Positions 49,496 through 49,716 of a stretch of 49,716 nt of DNA are shown piece by piece. The stretch is from NCBI GenBank assembly GCA_945878385.1, contig CAMCTE010000001.1, positions 1 through 49,716 of the forward strand, read 5' to 3'. The notes under the pieces were generated by a model. That model made no database searches. It was not told where the DNA came from and saw nothing but the letters and a program-made list of their open reading frames with translations. Source of the stretch: Azohydromonas lata NBRC 102462 (GTDB taxonomy: Bacteria > Pseudomonadota > Gammaproteobacteria > Burkholderiales > Burkholderiaceae_C). Position 1 is the stretch's first letter, and each line of letters begins with the position of its first letter. Both the position numbers and the translations under genes were made by a program.

Positions 49496-49716
49496 GCCTG
49501 TCTCCAATGGTGTTTGACGGATGTCGCGGGTTATCCCGATGTAGACGATGGGTGGCCTGTTCTGCGCAGGCCTGTGCAACCTATTGTGCAAGCTCAACTG
49601 TGACCAGATGCACAAGCCCTGGCTATTCCAATGGTGGCAATGCAGTGTTAAGGCCACCGCAACAAGTGACTTGTCGCCCAAGCAAGATAGGTTTCGCGCA
49701 AAAGCAATTCCTTTGC

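Overview
High-GC proteobacterial chromosome segment. Gene content and order look like Betaproteobacteria/Burkholderiales (inference). It spans the replication-origin neighbourhood and is almost fully coding. I call 45 protein genes, plus rpmH, which is too short to appear in the ORF track. Left to right: (1) fadD-mtnN-rsmE-MFS on the + strand. (2) A visibly less GC-rich toxin-first RelE/HigB-like + XRE antitoxin pair directly behind ogt. (3) A small membrane protein, a THUMP RNA methyltransferase, and the conserved rpoN-lptB-lptA-lptC-kdsC-kdsD block on the - strand. (4) A CPA2/RCK cation antiporter, a ~986-aa TonB-dependent receptor, DUF3297, an FAH-family enzyme, and an argininosuccinate-lyase-like protein that carries a signal peptide. 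(5) The classic mnmE-yidC-yidD-rnpA-rpmH (-) / dnaA-dnaN-gyrB (+) origin cluster, without recF. (6) An orphan intradiol dioxygenase. (7) SMR + MFP + RND efflux genes with an overlapping CitE-like lyase. (8) A divergent aldehyde dehydrogenase/LysR pair. (9) A long minus-strand operon: SBP-livH-livM-livG-livF, a second livH/livM-like permease pair, a translationally coupled small secreted Met/His/Cys-rich protein, then SDR and GST. I see no CRISPR, prophage, IS element, tRNA/rRNA gene or recognisable defence island, so most of the window is ordinary core genome. The less ordinary items are: the orphan second permease pair coupled to the small secreted protein; the exported ArgH-like lyase with a substituted catalytic-His position; DnaA boxes and in-frame 12-bp tandem repeats embedded in rnpA/yidD; and an AT-rich, DnaA-box-decorated dnaA-dnaN spacer suggesting a bipartite origin layout. 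All functional calls come from motif recognition by eye. No database search, HMM or folding program was run. The many long antisense ORFs in the track are treated as high-GC shadow ORFs.
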